Origin: Camelus ferus
Lineage: Eukaryota
Assembly (NCBI RefSeq): GCF_009834535.1
Contig: NC_045697.1
Span: 59,894,001 to 59,958,000 of the forward strand
Length of the DNA stretch: 64,000 nucleotides
Reading direction: 5' to 3'
Part shown: in pieces, positions 52,330-64,000 of the stretch
Layout of the letters: each line of letters opens with the position of its first letter
How positions within the stretch are numbered: the first letter of the stretch is position 1
Position numbers and translations under genes: made by a program
The notes under the pieces: model-generated
What the model saw: only the letters and a program-made list of their open reading frames with translations
Databases searched by the model: none
What the model was told of the DNA's origin: nothing

Positions 52330-53280
52330 AAGGCACAGAACAATCAAGCCAGAGATATAAGTGAGTTTTATATCATGAGTGGTTTTGTTTTACACCAGGG
52401 AAATTAAAGTTTTCCTGAAAAGTATGAGGTGCCATTTTCTGTAGAAGCTACAATGAGGGATAGCACTGTGTTTTATATAGATTATTCAGACACATGCAGG
52501 ATGAAATTAAAGGCAAGAAAATAAGTGGGATTATCAATCAATGAATTAACATGAAAGTTTATAAAGTAGTCATACAATGGACAACGCAATAACAGTGGAA
52601 ATGGAGAGGAAGAAAAGGGTCAAAGAAATAGTAAACAAATAAAATGCTAGGCTTTGATAACTAAAGGAGGAAACTGAGAAGGAAAAATAATCAAAGATGA
52701 ATCCTTTCTTTAATTTTTATTGAAGTATTTTCAGTTTACAATGTTGCATGAATTTCTGGTGTACAGTATAATGTTTCAGTCATACATACACATACATATA
52801 TTTGTTTTCATATTCTTTTTCATTATAGGTTACCACATGATATTGAATATAGTTCCCTGTGCTATACAGTAGAAACTTGTAAGGATGAATCCTTGATGTC
52901 TGGCTTTAGCTGTGTGAATCATAGTACATTTAGAAAGAGAGAAAATAAGGAACAATTAAGAAAAATTGAATGTAAAAATGGAGACACTGAGTTTGAGATA
53001 TCTGTGAGTCAGTCAAGTGATGATAACATGAGGGTAGAATTTAGAAATACGGATCTAGATAAATAAAATGTTAAAATCATCATTGTATAAATGATAGCAG
53101 AAGTCTTGAGGTAGATGAGATAGCTGAAGATTTGGATAGAAACCTTGAAGAACCTAAAGCTGAGGATGAAGCTCTGCTCTACATTTACTTTTAAGGGTCA
53201 GGTGGAGGAATGGGAACTTGAAAATGAAATAGGAAGTAATTGAAATGGGATAAAAGCAAGGGAGAACAGAGATAAAAAAG
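52330..53280 (-). mobile_element. L2 LINE fragment (host of the L1 at 52707)
   Basis: tcaaagatgaatcc...atgtctggc, cactgagtttgagatatctgtgag...caagtgatgata, atcatcattgtataaatgatagcagaag. Confidence 0.7.
52707..52880 (-). mobile_element. Young, heavily 5'-truncated L1 (camelid-type 3' end)
   Basis: tttttattgaagta...atagttccctgtgctatacagtagaaacttgt; 14-bp TSD aaagatgaatcctt / aaggatgaatcctt. Confidence 0.92.
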
Positions 53281-53799
53281 CACACTCCAAACAATAGTTG
53301 GAACTCAGTGTTCCTCTTTACTAATATATTTCCATTAAGGATGAGTCTACTTAAAGGGCAATGTTATTTTTCTGCATAAGACATGGGAATGGTCTCCATT
53401 TTGGGATTTGTTTCTTTGATTTTTCTTTTATTTTCCAGGAATATGTTCTTAGGACCAAAATGCTATCTTTATCCAGAAGGGTCTGGAGTATACAATACCC
53501 AGAGGAACTCTAGGCATTAAAACAAACCAGTCTCCACTCCCACTACCTCATCCCTGTCCCCATTAACTTCCATCAGCATTACTTTCTCAGAGTGTGATTT
53601 GTGGATCACTTGCATCATAATTACCTAATTCAAATACCAGAATCAGAACAGAGTGAGTGGGTGGAGCTCCGGTAAAGTGCACTGGAAACAAGTACCCTTT
53701 ATGTTTCATTACATTTAGGCAATTGATTTAGATGTGACATATCAACAAAAGCCCGAGAAAACAGGGCCATGAATTCCATGGTCTAAACCATGGTCTAAA

Positions 53800-54411
53800 C
53801 CTTTGCTGTTTAATATGGTGGCCAGTAGCCACTAATCATTTGTAGCTATTGAGTTCTCAAACTATTTCTGGTGTATGAAGAACAGAATTTGTAATTTTAT
53901 ATAATCATAATTAACTTAAAAAACTTACAGAGATACTGTAAAATGTTTAAATATATTTGGAACAACTTTGTTATGTGAACTTATTTTTTCAACTATAAAT
54001 TTTGTAAAATTTAAATAGATAAAATATTCCTAACAAAAATCTAGTGTCTGAATTGGTTAATTCAGCACTATGTGTGAGTAAACATTGGATTTTGAAGATC
54101 TGATGTGGAAAATAATTTTCATATATTATTAACAGTCTTTATATTGATTGCATATTAAAATGATAATAGTTTGACTATATTGGGTCAAATGAAATATAAA
54201 TATATAATATACAAAAATTATAAATATATATCACATAATATTTATTCAAATTAATTATATAATATTTTAAAATATACTATATAAACACAAATAATAAATA
54301 ACATATAAATATATTAAATAAAATATATTACTAAAATAGTTTTCCCTTTTTCTTTTTGCTGTTTTATAAATAACAAATATTGCTTACATTATAGTTGTCC
54401 TGAATACACCG
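53800..54411. mobile_element. Charlie1-like hAT DNA transposon derivative with AT-rich expansion
   Basis: gctgtttaatatggtggccagtagccac start; internal atatttggaacaactt...ttttttcaactataaattttgtaaaat; tatattgggtcaaat. Confidence 0.75.
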
Positions 54412-54434
54412 GTATGAAGCAAAATAATATCACA

Positions 54435-54793
54435 TATTAGCTTTCTATATTTGCATAACAAATTATCACACAGTTCTTTGTCCTGAAGGCCTCTCCACAG
54501 GCAGTTGACAAAATGGCTTCTTGCTTTTTCATGGCCAGCAGAAAGAGTGACTTTAGTGTCTCTCTCAACAAATGGAGATTCATATGCTATGATGCCAGAA
54601 GTGACATTTCTTTACTTTTGCTGTAAAATGTAAGCTAGTCATGGGAGAGAAATTCCCTCACCATTGCCGTATTCTAGGGGTTAGGAGCAAGTCATAGAAC
54701 CCAATCACACCCAGGAAGAGAGAGAATCACACAAAAGCAAGAGCACCAGGAAGTAGACATCCTCGGTGGTTTGTGCAGGGTTTGTCCGCCACA
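54435..54793 (-). mobile_element. MLT1 (MaLR) LTR, internally deleted
   Basis: tgcataacaaattatcaca...ggcctctccacaggcagttgacaaaatggc...caccaggaagtag...tgtccgccaca. Confidence 0.75.
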
Positions 54794-56867
54794 TATCTGT
54801 AGTGTCATTTCTCAGGTTAATGTCACTAGAGACCACATTGTTGGTTAGCATATAAAATTCTCTTGTTGCTCAATTTTTATGAGAGTAATTGAATTTAGCT
54901 TTAGCAATCCTCTTGGAACAACTCTGCATTATACATAATCATAAATGTATATTGATGCTAAATATGTAGGAAAAGGTTTCCAGCTATTTCACTTGTTGAT
55001 AGGATGACAGTCACTGAAAAAGACCATAATGATAAATATAAATATGTAAGAGGCTCTGAATTTAAAATAATTCTTCTTTTGAAAGAAAACTAAAGGCCAT
55101 TTCTCTTAGGCAAAAGTAAGTTTTCTGAAATGATGGGTACATTTAAGTTGTATTGCTTCTTGCTTTTAACTCACCTTTTAGCTACTGTGAATTCATTTTA
55201 ACAGAACCTTAGAAAAATTTTGTAGAAAAATTAATTTTGTTACTAAGAAACCATCTATGTTCTAATCCTCTTTTGCTGATAGCCATTTTGTGCTAATATA
55301 AATTTTCTAAAAGCATAATTATATTGTTATAGAAGAACCATGCATAGTAAATAGAATGACTTTACATGGAACAATCAAGTGACTGTGACAGAAATGGCAC
55401 TTGGTCAAGTATCTGAGGATCCCCTGAGACTGGATACGGATTCCACAGGTTGAGGAGATAAATGGAATCACAGGAGGAATGGGCTTTCCTCTCCTAGAAA
55501 ACTAAGCTTACATAGAAAGATTTCAACACTTTCAAGCATTTGTAGTCTAAGAGATTCTTGTCAGCTCGAGGAAGTATGGATCATTTGAGTATGCATACAA
55601 GAGCATAGTAATTTATATTTCTGGTATCAGTATATCTTACTCATGAGTACTGATGGGATGAAGGCTACTATATTCTTGACATCTGGGATAGTGCTAGGCA
55701 GAGCAGAATACAAATAAGAGAGAGTGACAGATAATTAAATGTAACTTATACAATCAACAGCTATGCCAGTAAGGTATTAATACAATATATATTAAGTGGA
55801 AAGTAGTATTCTTCATACTGCATAAAATTTCAGATAAATTTGTCTTAATTATATAATTCTCTAGTTGCTCTTTCTTATTATAGAATATTTTGACTCTTAA
55901 TTTATTTTAAATCATTTTTCTAAGTTATGAAACTTTAATAATTATTTGTATGTTGTACCTCTATTTATGCAAAATAAATTAATTAACTAGTATATAATAG
56001 TAAAAAATTTAATGAAAACAGTTTAACAAAAATTATTACTAATGTAAATTCAGGATACATTTAATTTGGGTCATTAATCTCTGTGTATATATCAACATTT
56101 ATTAAGAATAAAATATAGAATATTAAAAATAGGAGTAGAAAAATTACCACTATTATTGTAGTTCCTTTTTTAAGGGTTACTGTTTGTATGTGATGTATTT
56201 ATAAAATGAATATCTGAAAGAGGACTCTTAGAGGAACACAGATATTTGAAAAAAATCAATTTACCTTTACTGTTATATTTACCAAGTGCTAAGAATATAT
56301 AACTGAAGAACGTAACTGAAGAATAATATGGAGACAATATGGAACAATAATATGAAGACTAATTATCTCCGTATTATTCCTAAAGAACAATGCTATGGAA
56401 AAAAGAATAATAGACTATATTCCAACTGAGAATATATTACAAATTACTGCCCCACATTTCAAAGACATACTTTTTTAGTTCTTCTTCATGAGTTAAGAAG
56501 AACAATTTCATAAGAGCTTCAAAACGTGCTCTAAGATAGCCAACTTGACAATGTAATAAAATGTTAAAATGCTTCTGAGGCTGGTGTTTGGAGAGGCTTA
56601 TTAACAGACTACTCAGCAATAATACTTACTTTCTCAGCGCTGGGAATAGGGCAGCGTGGTTAATTTTACTCAATTAATGGTCAGTGTGTTCATTAGTGAT
56701 TCAATATTATGTTGATAACAATGTTGGAGATGCCATTAAATCATATTTGCTTAGGAAAAGAATAACAAATAATCTCACTACCTGAAATTATATTATATTA
56801 CAGATATTATGTCATACAATATTATTTTATTTTATGCCATTATAAATCATATTATAATATAGGCTTA

Positions 56868-57310
56868 TTGTTTCTTTGAATTATTGCTGAGTAACTAACC
56901 ATCCCCAAATTACATTGTATGAAATAATGATCTTACTATTTTTCATAATCTGGTTTGTCAAGAACTTGAGCAGGGATTGGCTGGCTGGTTTTGCCGCCTA
57001 TGTTATTAACTGGGGCTCCTCAATCAGCTGCGTTCAGTTGGTGGCCAAGCTGGGATGGCACATCCCAGATACCTTTACTCTCATGTTTGTTGTGTCAGAG
57101 TTCTTCCATATGGCATGTCTATGTAGTTAGCTTGGGCCTCTTCACAACATGATGCCCTTAAGTTAAATCAACTTCATATATGACAGCTGGATTCATAACC
57201 GAAAATGGTATCTTGGATTCTTAAAGGCTAGGCCTGGAAGAGGCATTGTATCACTTCTGTTGTATTCTGTTGGCCAGAAGGAGTCAAAAGTTAGCCCAAA
57301 TTCAAGTGCC
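56868..57310 (-). mobile_element. MLT1 (MaLR) LTR fragment
   Basis: attgctgagtaactaaccatccccaaa...agcttgggcctcttcacaacatg...gtatcacttctgttgtattctgttggcc. Confidence 0.8.
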
Positions 57311-57881
57311 TCAATCTTATTGAAAAAAAGATTAGGTTTCTGTCTTAATGCATCCTCTTCTGTCTTCTCTTTTCTCACCAGACTCTGAAATAGGCATCTT
57401 TTTATTGTTTCTTCAAAATAAAAGTTTTGCCATTTAGGACTTTCATAATTTTTTCCTTTTTCTGTTTAGATTGCTTCTGTGTAGCAACCACATAAAGGTT
57501 GCTAGTCCCTTATCTTTCAAAACCCAGCAAAAATGTCATCTGTAGAATGCAATCTTTGACCATCCGATTTTAGCAGCTATCCCATTCAGTTCTTCATTAG
57601 TCTTTTCATAATTTTCTTCATTATTTATAATTATGTCCATATATGTACATACAAATATGCTGTAGTTAGTTATTTGTCCAATTAGTCATTGTTCATGGCC
57701 TGTCTTCTCAATAAGAATATAAATTTCACAAGGTAACAGCAAGTAATTTTTTGTTTACAGCATAAATGGCATACTGATGTTTGCTTAGTAAATATTTGTT
57801 GAATGAAGAAATGACAAGAAAACATCTTGATGATTTAATGTTAAATAAAAAAGGAGACAACAAAACCATGTGTGGGGTGAC

Positions 57882-57884
<3 letters not shown>

Positions 57885-57912
<28 letters not shown>
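57885..57912. repeat. (TG)n microsatellite
   Basis: Seen directly. Confidence 0.92.
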
Positions 57913-57916
<4 letters not shown>

Positions 57917-59399
57917 AAGTCTTAAGTAATGGAATAAGATTCACTGAATGTTACTTTTAGTTTTTATCTTTGAGTGGTGGTATTACTGGTGAATTTATTT
58001 TATTTCTATTTTTCTATTAAAATACCCTAAATACAGACACATACGAAATGTATTATATAATAACAATTTAAGAAACATAAACTTAATATTTTTCTCCTTA
58101 AGATAGTTTTCTTAGAAGGTTTGAATTTTTGTCTCATTTACTCTCATACTTTTGATATCTTGTGTGCCAGATGAGTTGAATTCTAAATTCTTATGGCTTA
58201 TTTTCACTGAAACGTTCTATTTTTCTATAGCATACATGTAACTCATGCTATGGTTTTATGTACATTAAAGCTAATTTTTAGGTTTGATCAACATACTCAT
58301 TTTCTTTGGGGAAGGCTTCAAGAAATTGTACAAACCATAGAGAAAATTAATACCCACATTGCCCTTGGCATGACACTTTCTCCTTCTGCTATTTAGTAAA
58401 AATGGATCACATAAATGTTAAATTTGTGCTGTTCTGCTGACAGTGAAACTTAACGAAAGCCCCCATGCTATTAAGCTAGAGTTACAAGAGGAGAGCTAAA
58501 GAAATTTCTCTATTGTAAGAGAAATGTGAGCTTTGCAGAAAGTAAATTGGCTAGGAGAAATTCAATGAGGTGCCATCTAAAATGAGTAGATAAAGTAAAG
58601 AGAGTGCTTTGTAGAACCTGTGAGAAAGCAATTTAGATATTCTTGGTGATAGCTCAGATGCCTGGATGCCTAGAAGTAATCTAAATCTGAAACTACTTGA
58701 AGGCTATTGAACAGGAACACTCTGTCTTGCATCATTTTTGTGTTTATCTTTGCTTGTTGATCAGCCATCACTGGTAACCTTTCATTATTTATTATATCAT
58801 TCCATTTAAAAGAGTAGGCAAAGTCTTAAAACTCCAAAGTCCAAAGTAGCTTCCATGTGCAGAAAGTTTCTCTGTATGTCCAGAATTCATGAGCAGTGCT
58901 TAATTTGCCATTCTGTTCCAAATGGAACAGAAAACATTCTAACGAAATTAATTTCAAGTCTATATTCATATATGTTTTGACAGTAGTTATCTCTTTACTC
59001 TCCAAATAATCAAATTTCTACATCTAAATGAATCTTTGGTAAATTATAGATGGTTTGGTCTGTACATATATGATCTATACTCACATACATTCTTAGTAAG
59101 TATGAATCCGTAAGTTTTCCTCCTCATCTGTTTTTATTATTTACTGTCAGCAGGAAGTCTGTTAAACCACTTATATGTATTATCTAATTTAATTCTTACA
59201 AGGCCCTAATGAGCTAGATACCATCAACCTTCTTTTAAAGTGAGAAAGTGAGACTCAAAGATCACTGAACATGTTTAAACTTTGGACTAATAATGGATCA
59301 AGTTGCTATTTGAATCTAGTTCTCCTTAGGCTAAAAGCCAAATGAGCTAATAATTTAAGTGTTAAAAATAAAATAATAGATGTATTAGAATATAGATGA

Positions 59400-60790
59400 A
59401 TACTTTTTAATTTCAGGGTTAAAATGGCTTCCTAAAGTACAAGATGTAGTGCAAGGAAATGTAATGATAGATTTGCAAAAAATGATTCTATATGACTTGG
59501 CAATAAAAAATATTAGTAAATTACAAAAAAAAAATTAGTGTCATATGTGATGAATAGCAACATAATAAGCATATAAGGCACCAAAGTAATTAATGAAAAA
59601 AAATACTCAATAGAAATAGGAACAGAGACATGAATAAGACATTTGCAAAAGAAAAAATACAAATGGAGTATTAACCTGTAACAAAATGTTGAAATTCCCA
59701 GTAATTAAATATGCAACCTGCTTTAAAATTGAAAAATCATTTTTAGCCTGTGAGATGGGCAAACGTCTGTGAAAGAAAGATACAGAGACTAAAACATTTA
59801 TAAGAGAAATTTGCTTTCAAAGAACTGGAAAAAAAGTCCAGGCGTCAAAAGCACTGGTCATCAAATTAAAAAACAAAAAATAAAACAAACAAAAAAACCA
59901 GTTATCGAGTTTTTTTAATGTACAGCAGGATGATCAAACTTGCTGAATTTACGTTTTGCTATGTTTGTGGTGAAAAAACAACCATTTTCTCACATTGTCT
60001 TCATTATATCCGCAAAGGTAAGCTCTTATTTTCAGATGAAAGATGTCAAAAATAAAGGACAGAGTTTTTCTCATTAGGGAACCAGCAAATTATAGAAAAT
60101 ACCAGGGACTATTTTGACTTTGGAGCCTAGAACTAAACAAGGGGATCAAGTATTTATGGTTTATCCTTTAATGCAAAGTGTTTTGTTTCGTTTTGTTTTG
60201 TCTGTGGGACATAATGCACAGACTTTTCCTAATAGATTCAGGACTGTATCTATATTGTTTCCACAATTTAAACAATTGAAACAGGCTTGTGTTGTAAAAG
60301 ATGTAGGAAAATGGGCAAAATCATGCATGGCTAATCCAAGAACAAATCAACACACTTCCCATCTTAAAAGGAATTTCTAAAGTCATAATGCCTTTTAACC
60401 TAGGAATTTCCTTCCAGAAGTATGTAATAAAGATTTGAACAAATGATTCACAATTTATATATCAATACAGTCATATTGACATTGTCTATAGTATCCAAAT
60501 ATTGGATACAACTTCTACATTTCACTCTTAATCAGATGGGTTAAGTAAGTTCTGGCATATCCTTTAAACAGAAAAAAAATTTACAGATTCATATGTATAT
60601 GATTTCAGTGCCTTTACAGGAAATTAATGAAGTTATCAAAACATGTTGATCACAGTTTTGAAAATATTTACATAATCAGTGTAGATACGAAAGCTTGCAC
60701 ACCAAATGGTAACTATAATTAATACTGGATGATCCTTTTCTGACTAGTTTATATTGAACATTGATTTATATCTTGAACATAAATAAATGA
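59400..60790 (+). mobile_element. Ancient L1ME-like 3' remnant
   Basis: caatagaaataggaacagagacatgaataagacatttgcaaaagaaaaaatacaaatgg; cttttaacctaggaatttccttccagaag. Highly degenerate. Confidence 0.55.
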
Positions 60791-62011
60791 AAAATCTATT
60801 CCAAAGACATTTCCTTAGAAGTGTGAAAATAGAATGAAATAACACAAGATTAGATTCTCTAATCCTGCTAAAATTTAAGCTAAAATTTCATTTCCAGCAG
60901 TTTAAATAGTGAAACCTATATTTTCAGGTATTCCTTATTTTATTTGAATCCTTGTTTGAGGATTTCAGAATGAATAAGAAAGCATCCTTTAAAGGTGAAA
61001 TAATCTTTGCCAAAATGATTTTCTTTTAAGTAAAATGTAAAAGGCTTCAAATTTTCTTATGCTCCATAAAAGATGCTATTTTGGTTCTTGCCAGCTTAAT
61101 AATAATAATAATAATAATAGTTTTTTTTAAAGCTTTAGTTTCCTTTTTTTATGCTTACAGGGGAAATAGTGACTTGGCATGCAAAAATTGTAGGTTTCTG
61201 ACAAACAATATCCTGCATTTACCATTAGAAGAAGAAAAGTGAACCTCAAGTGCCTAATAAGGACTTGATAGAACAGTATTTTATTATAGCAGAAACATCC
61301 TGTGTGAGTCCAAGAGGATGGGCTCTCCTAATACCCTCTCAAGAATAATCATATGCTTTCACTCTGCTCTGACTCTGCAAATTCTTTCCTCTCCAGCTTT
61401 CCATGCATCTTTTTGTTGTTGCTTATCTTCATTTAATCTAACAGTGCAAATAAATGCATTGTACCTTAACATCCAAAATGGAGCACATTTTCTCTATAAA
61501 AATATTAAAGTATATTTTTGTCCTTGATTTTCCATATTATGTGCCTGAAACCACATATACTCTCCAAAAAAGAAACAAATTATGTTTCAGAACATTGTTA
61601 GTGATGGGTAGCTAAGATTAATATGGTTTCTGACCTCTAATTCTTCAAATCTGCTACTTCTTTTGTATTTTCTGTAATAGTCAATGTTGACATAATACAT
61701 CCAGTTGTCTGAACTAGAAAGATTGGAGTGACCCTTGATGTAAGCCTACCTCATTCCCCCAGAAGGTCATCAAAAACTTTACCATTAGATTTCCTTCTGT
61801 TTCAACTGTCTTGTCTTTAGTTGAGATGCTCTTTATTTCACACTGAACTACTATAATAATATCCTAAGTCATGTGTATGTATCTGCATATATGTGTATAT
61901 ATACTATTTATTTTTCAAATATGTAAATCTGATATCGTCACCTCCCTATTTAAAAACCTGTATCATTCCCAGTAGAAAGTAAAACATACATTCTTGGTTT
62001 AGTCAAGTATC

Positions 62012-62173
62012 TTTTTTTGTTTTAAATCATCACTTTGTAAATTTTATTTTTTATTGTAGTTTTTAACCTTGTTTTCGTTATTACTGTTTTTTTAATAGAG
62101 GTACTGGGGATGGAACCCAGGTTGTCATGCATGCTAAGCATGCACTCTACCACTGAGCTATATCCCTCCTCCC
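62012..62173 (-). mobile_element. Vic-1-type camelid SINE with extended tail
   Basis: Core 62090-62173 (gaggtactggggatggaacccagg...catgctaagcatgcactctaccactgagctatatccctcc); degenerate TSD agtcaagtatc / agttcaaatatc. Confidence 0.88.
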
Positions 62174-62302
62174 AGTTCAAATATCCTATTTCTTTACCTC
62201 AAACTTTATAACCAATAGATCATCACTTTACTGCTGATAGTATCTTTTAACTGTTACCCCAGTTCCCCACTTTTATTCATCCCCTTTGCCATTATCTCAG
62301 AC

Positions 62303-62549
62303 CAGTTTTCCTAAGGGGGAGAAGACTAGGGTTGGCACTACAATGAGATGGAGGGAGGTATTTGCCCCCAGGGGACATTTAACAAAGACTGCAGATATTT
62401 TTGTTAAAACTAGGGGCAAGGATGATACTGGTATCTAGTGAGTAGTAGCCATGGGTGCTCCCAAACATCCTACTATGCACAAGACAGCCCCTGCCAGCAA
62501 AGAATTATCCAATCCAGAATATCAATAGTGCTGAGGTTGAGAAACTCTG
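62303..62549. mobile_element. MER20 hAT-Charlie DNA element
   Basis: tttgcccccaggggacattt...aagaattatccaatccagaatatcaatagtgctgaggttgagaaactctg; TSD tctcagac / ccttagac. Confidence 0.9.
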
Positions 62550-64000
62550 CCTTAGACCAAGCCATCACTAATGTCTTCTAGATAAACCTAGCAACCTGAT
62601 AACTGACCTCTCCTTACCAGTCTTGCTCCCATCCACATCATTATTCACACTCCAACTACAATGGCCTCTCTACAACTTACTATGAACCTGTGTTTTGTAC
62701 TTAAGACTTTAACTGTTCCTGAGCATCAGGTCTGAAAAAGGCTTACAAGATTTTTCATGATTTGCTTCCTTATTTACTGTAGTTTCTTCTGTCATCCTTT
62801 TCCTTTCTTATACTAAGCTTCAGCCCTACTAAAGCACAGGAACCTTCCATTTTTTGAAGACCCATCCTCTCTCCTCACTGTCTGGCTTTTAGCATTTTAA
62901 CATGCTATTCCCTTCCGCTGATACTATGACTCTTAAGTGTCAAGCCTCATTCCCTAGGACAAGTGCCTGCCACTAAGGAAAAGTGGAAAGTAACCGAGAA
63001 TAGGCACGATAATCCTTGTATCCCTGGAATTTCTGAGAGAACAGGTTGGGCTGTTTGAGCCTAAAACTCAGTCCATTTTCTACTCTAAGTGTTCAACAGC
63101 TGTTTAGTATCATTGTTGTTTTTGGTACTATTACTGCTTTGTTTAACATACTATAAGCATATCGAGGACAAAGTTTTTTCACCACTTGTCTTGGCACTGG
63201 AAACAACTTATCCCATTGGGGCAGAGTGGCTAAGGAAGATACATTTCCCTTCATTTGCAGGCTCCTGGGGAGCGGGGGGAGGTCAGTGTGGGTGCCAAGC
63301 TGTAAGCAAATGTGGAGAGTCAAGTGTACATTGGATACCAGTCCATCTATTCAATAGCCGGAAAGTCACAAAATAATAGAGGAAAAGATGGCAGGTTTAC
63401 AGATACTGGGAATTCCTCCTGACAAACTTTGAGCCAGAGAAAATCAACAGGAACAACATTCTTGGTGATATTAACTGGTATAGGAAAGATAGGGAATAAC
63501 ATTTTTTTTTCCTTTACCTTGTTTGACTTCAAAAGATGCTGGAATGAGAAACATATCACTTAAATATCAATGTTTCTATTTTTAATTTTAAAGTATTTTT
63601 ATAACAAAGAAAAATCAATTATTTTGCCAATCTGAAGGAATAGTGCTTTGCTACCAAGAATAAAAACAGTCCACTGACTGCACAAATAGAATCCACAGTT
63701 TTCTTACAACATACTGACTGATTTTTGTTAACACTACTGCCCGGTGTCTTTAGATTTATTTTTAAATCCTCTTATCCAATTTATCCAAGTAACTTCATAG
63801 CAAGTTGAACATACTTTTGTTCTTTCATGATACTGTGGAAATAAAGATCATGAAAATATACATCAACAATTTCTAAACCAACTTTTAATAATTATCATTT
63901 TCATGTTTAATTTAAAAAAAAAGAAACCTCAGATACTATTCCTTAGAAAAGTCTAGAATTTGAATTTCTATGATTCTGATATTTCTTTTAGTTATCCAGA

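Larger units (their letters stand above)
61690..62920 (+). mobile_element. L2 LINE fragment hosting a SINE and MER20
   Basis: catccagttgtctgaactagaaa, tgtaaatctgatatcgtcacctccctatttaaaaacc, ctgacctctccttaccagtcttgctccc. Confidence 0.6.

Noticed and set aside
1..64000. Prokaryote-style systems (CRISPR array, operons, defence islands)
   Set aside because: The sequence is mammalian and repeat-rich; no regularly spaced repeat-spacer array and no gene-dense region.

Overview
AT-rich, CpG-poor mammalian (placental) genomic DNA, almost certainly camelid. The evidence is two tRNA-Ala-like Vic-1-type SINEs and young L1 3' ends, with no Alu, BovB/Bov-A, PRE-1 or CAN SINEs seen. No intact protein-coding ORF is supported; the ORF track consists of chance ORFs and transposon debris. 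The window reads as deep intronic sequence of a very large minus-strand gene. Two small exons with strong splice signals (67 nt at 35461-35527; 42 nt at 6025-6066) are tentatively assigned to the multi-exon 5' UTR of PTPRD, from recalled exon sizes only and not verified by alignment. The rest is a layered transposon record: MIR/L2, L1M, MaLR/ERVL/ERV1 LTRs and hAT DNA elements. The most notable structures are an internally deleted ERV-L-like provirus with both LTRs (47.5-50.6 kb), a cluster of five solo LTRs with three nested insertions (41.7-44.5 kb), an L1 insertion carrying a ~185-bp fold-back hairpin (37.45-37.63 kb) and two candidate enhancers. I found no convincing novel biological system. 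Repeat subfamily names are from memory and boundaries are approximate unless a TSD is quoted.
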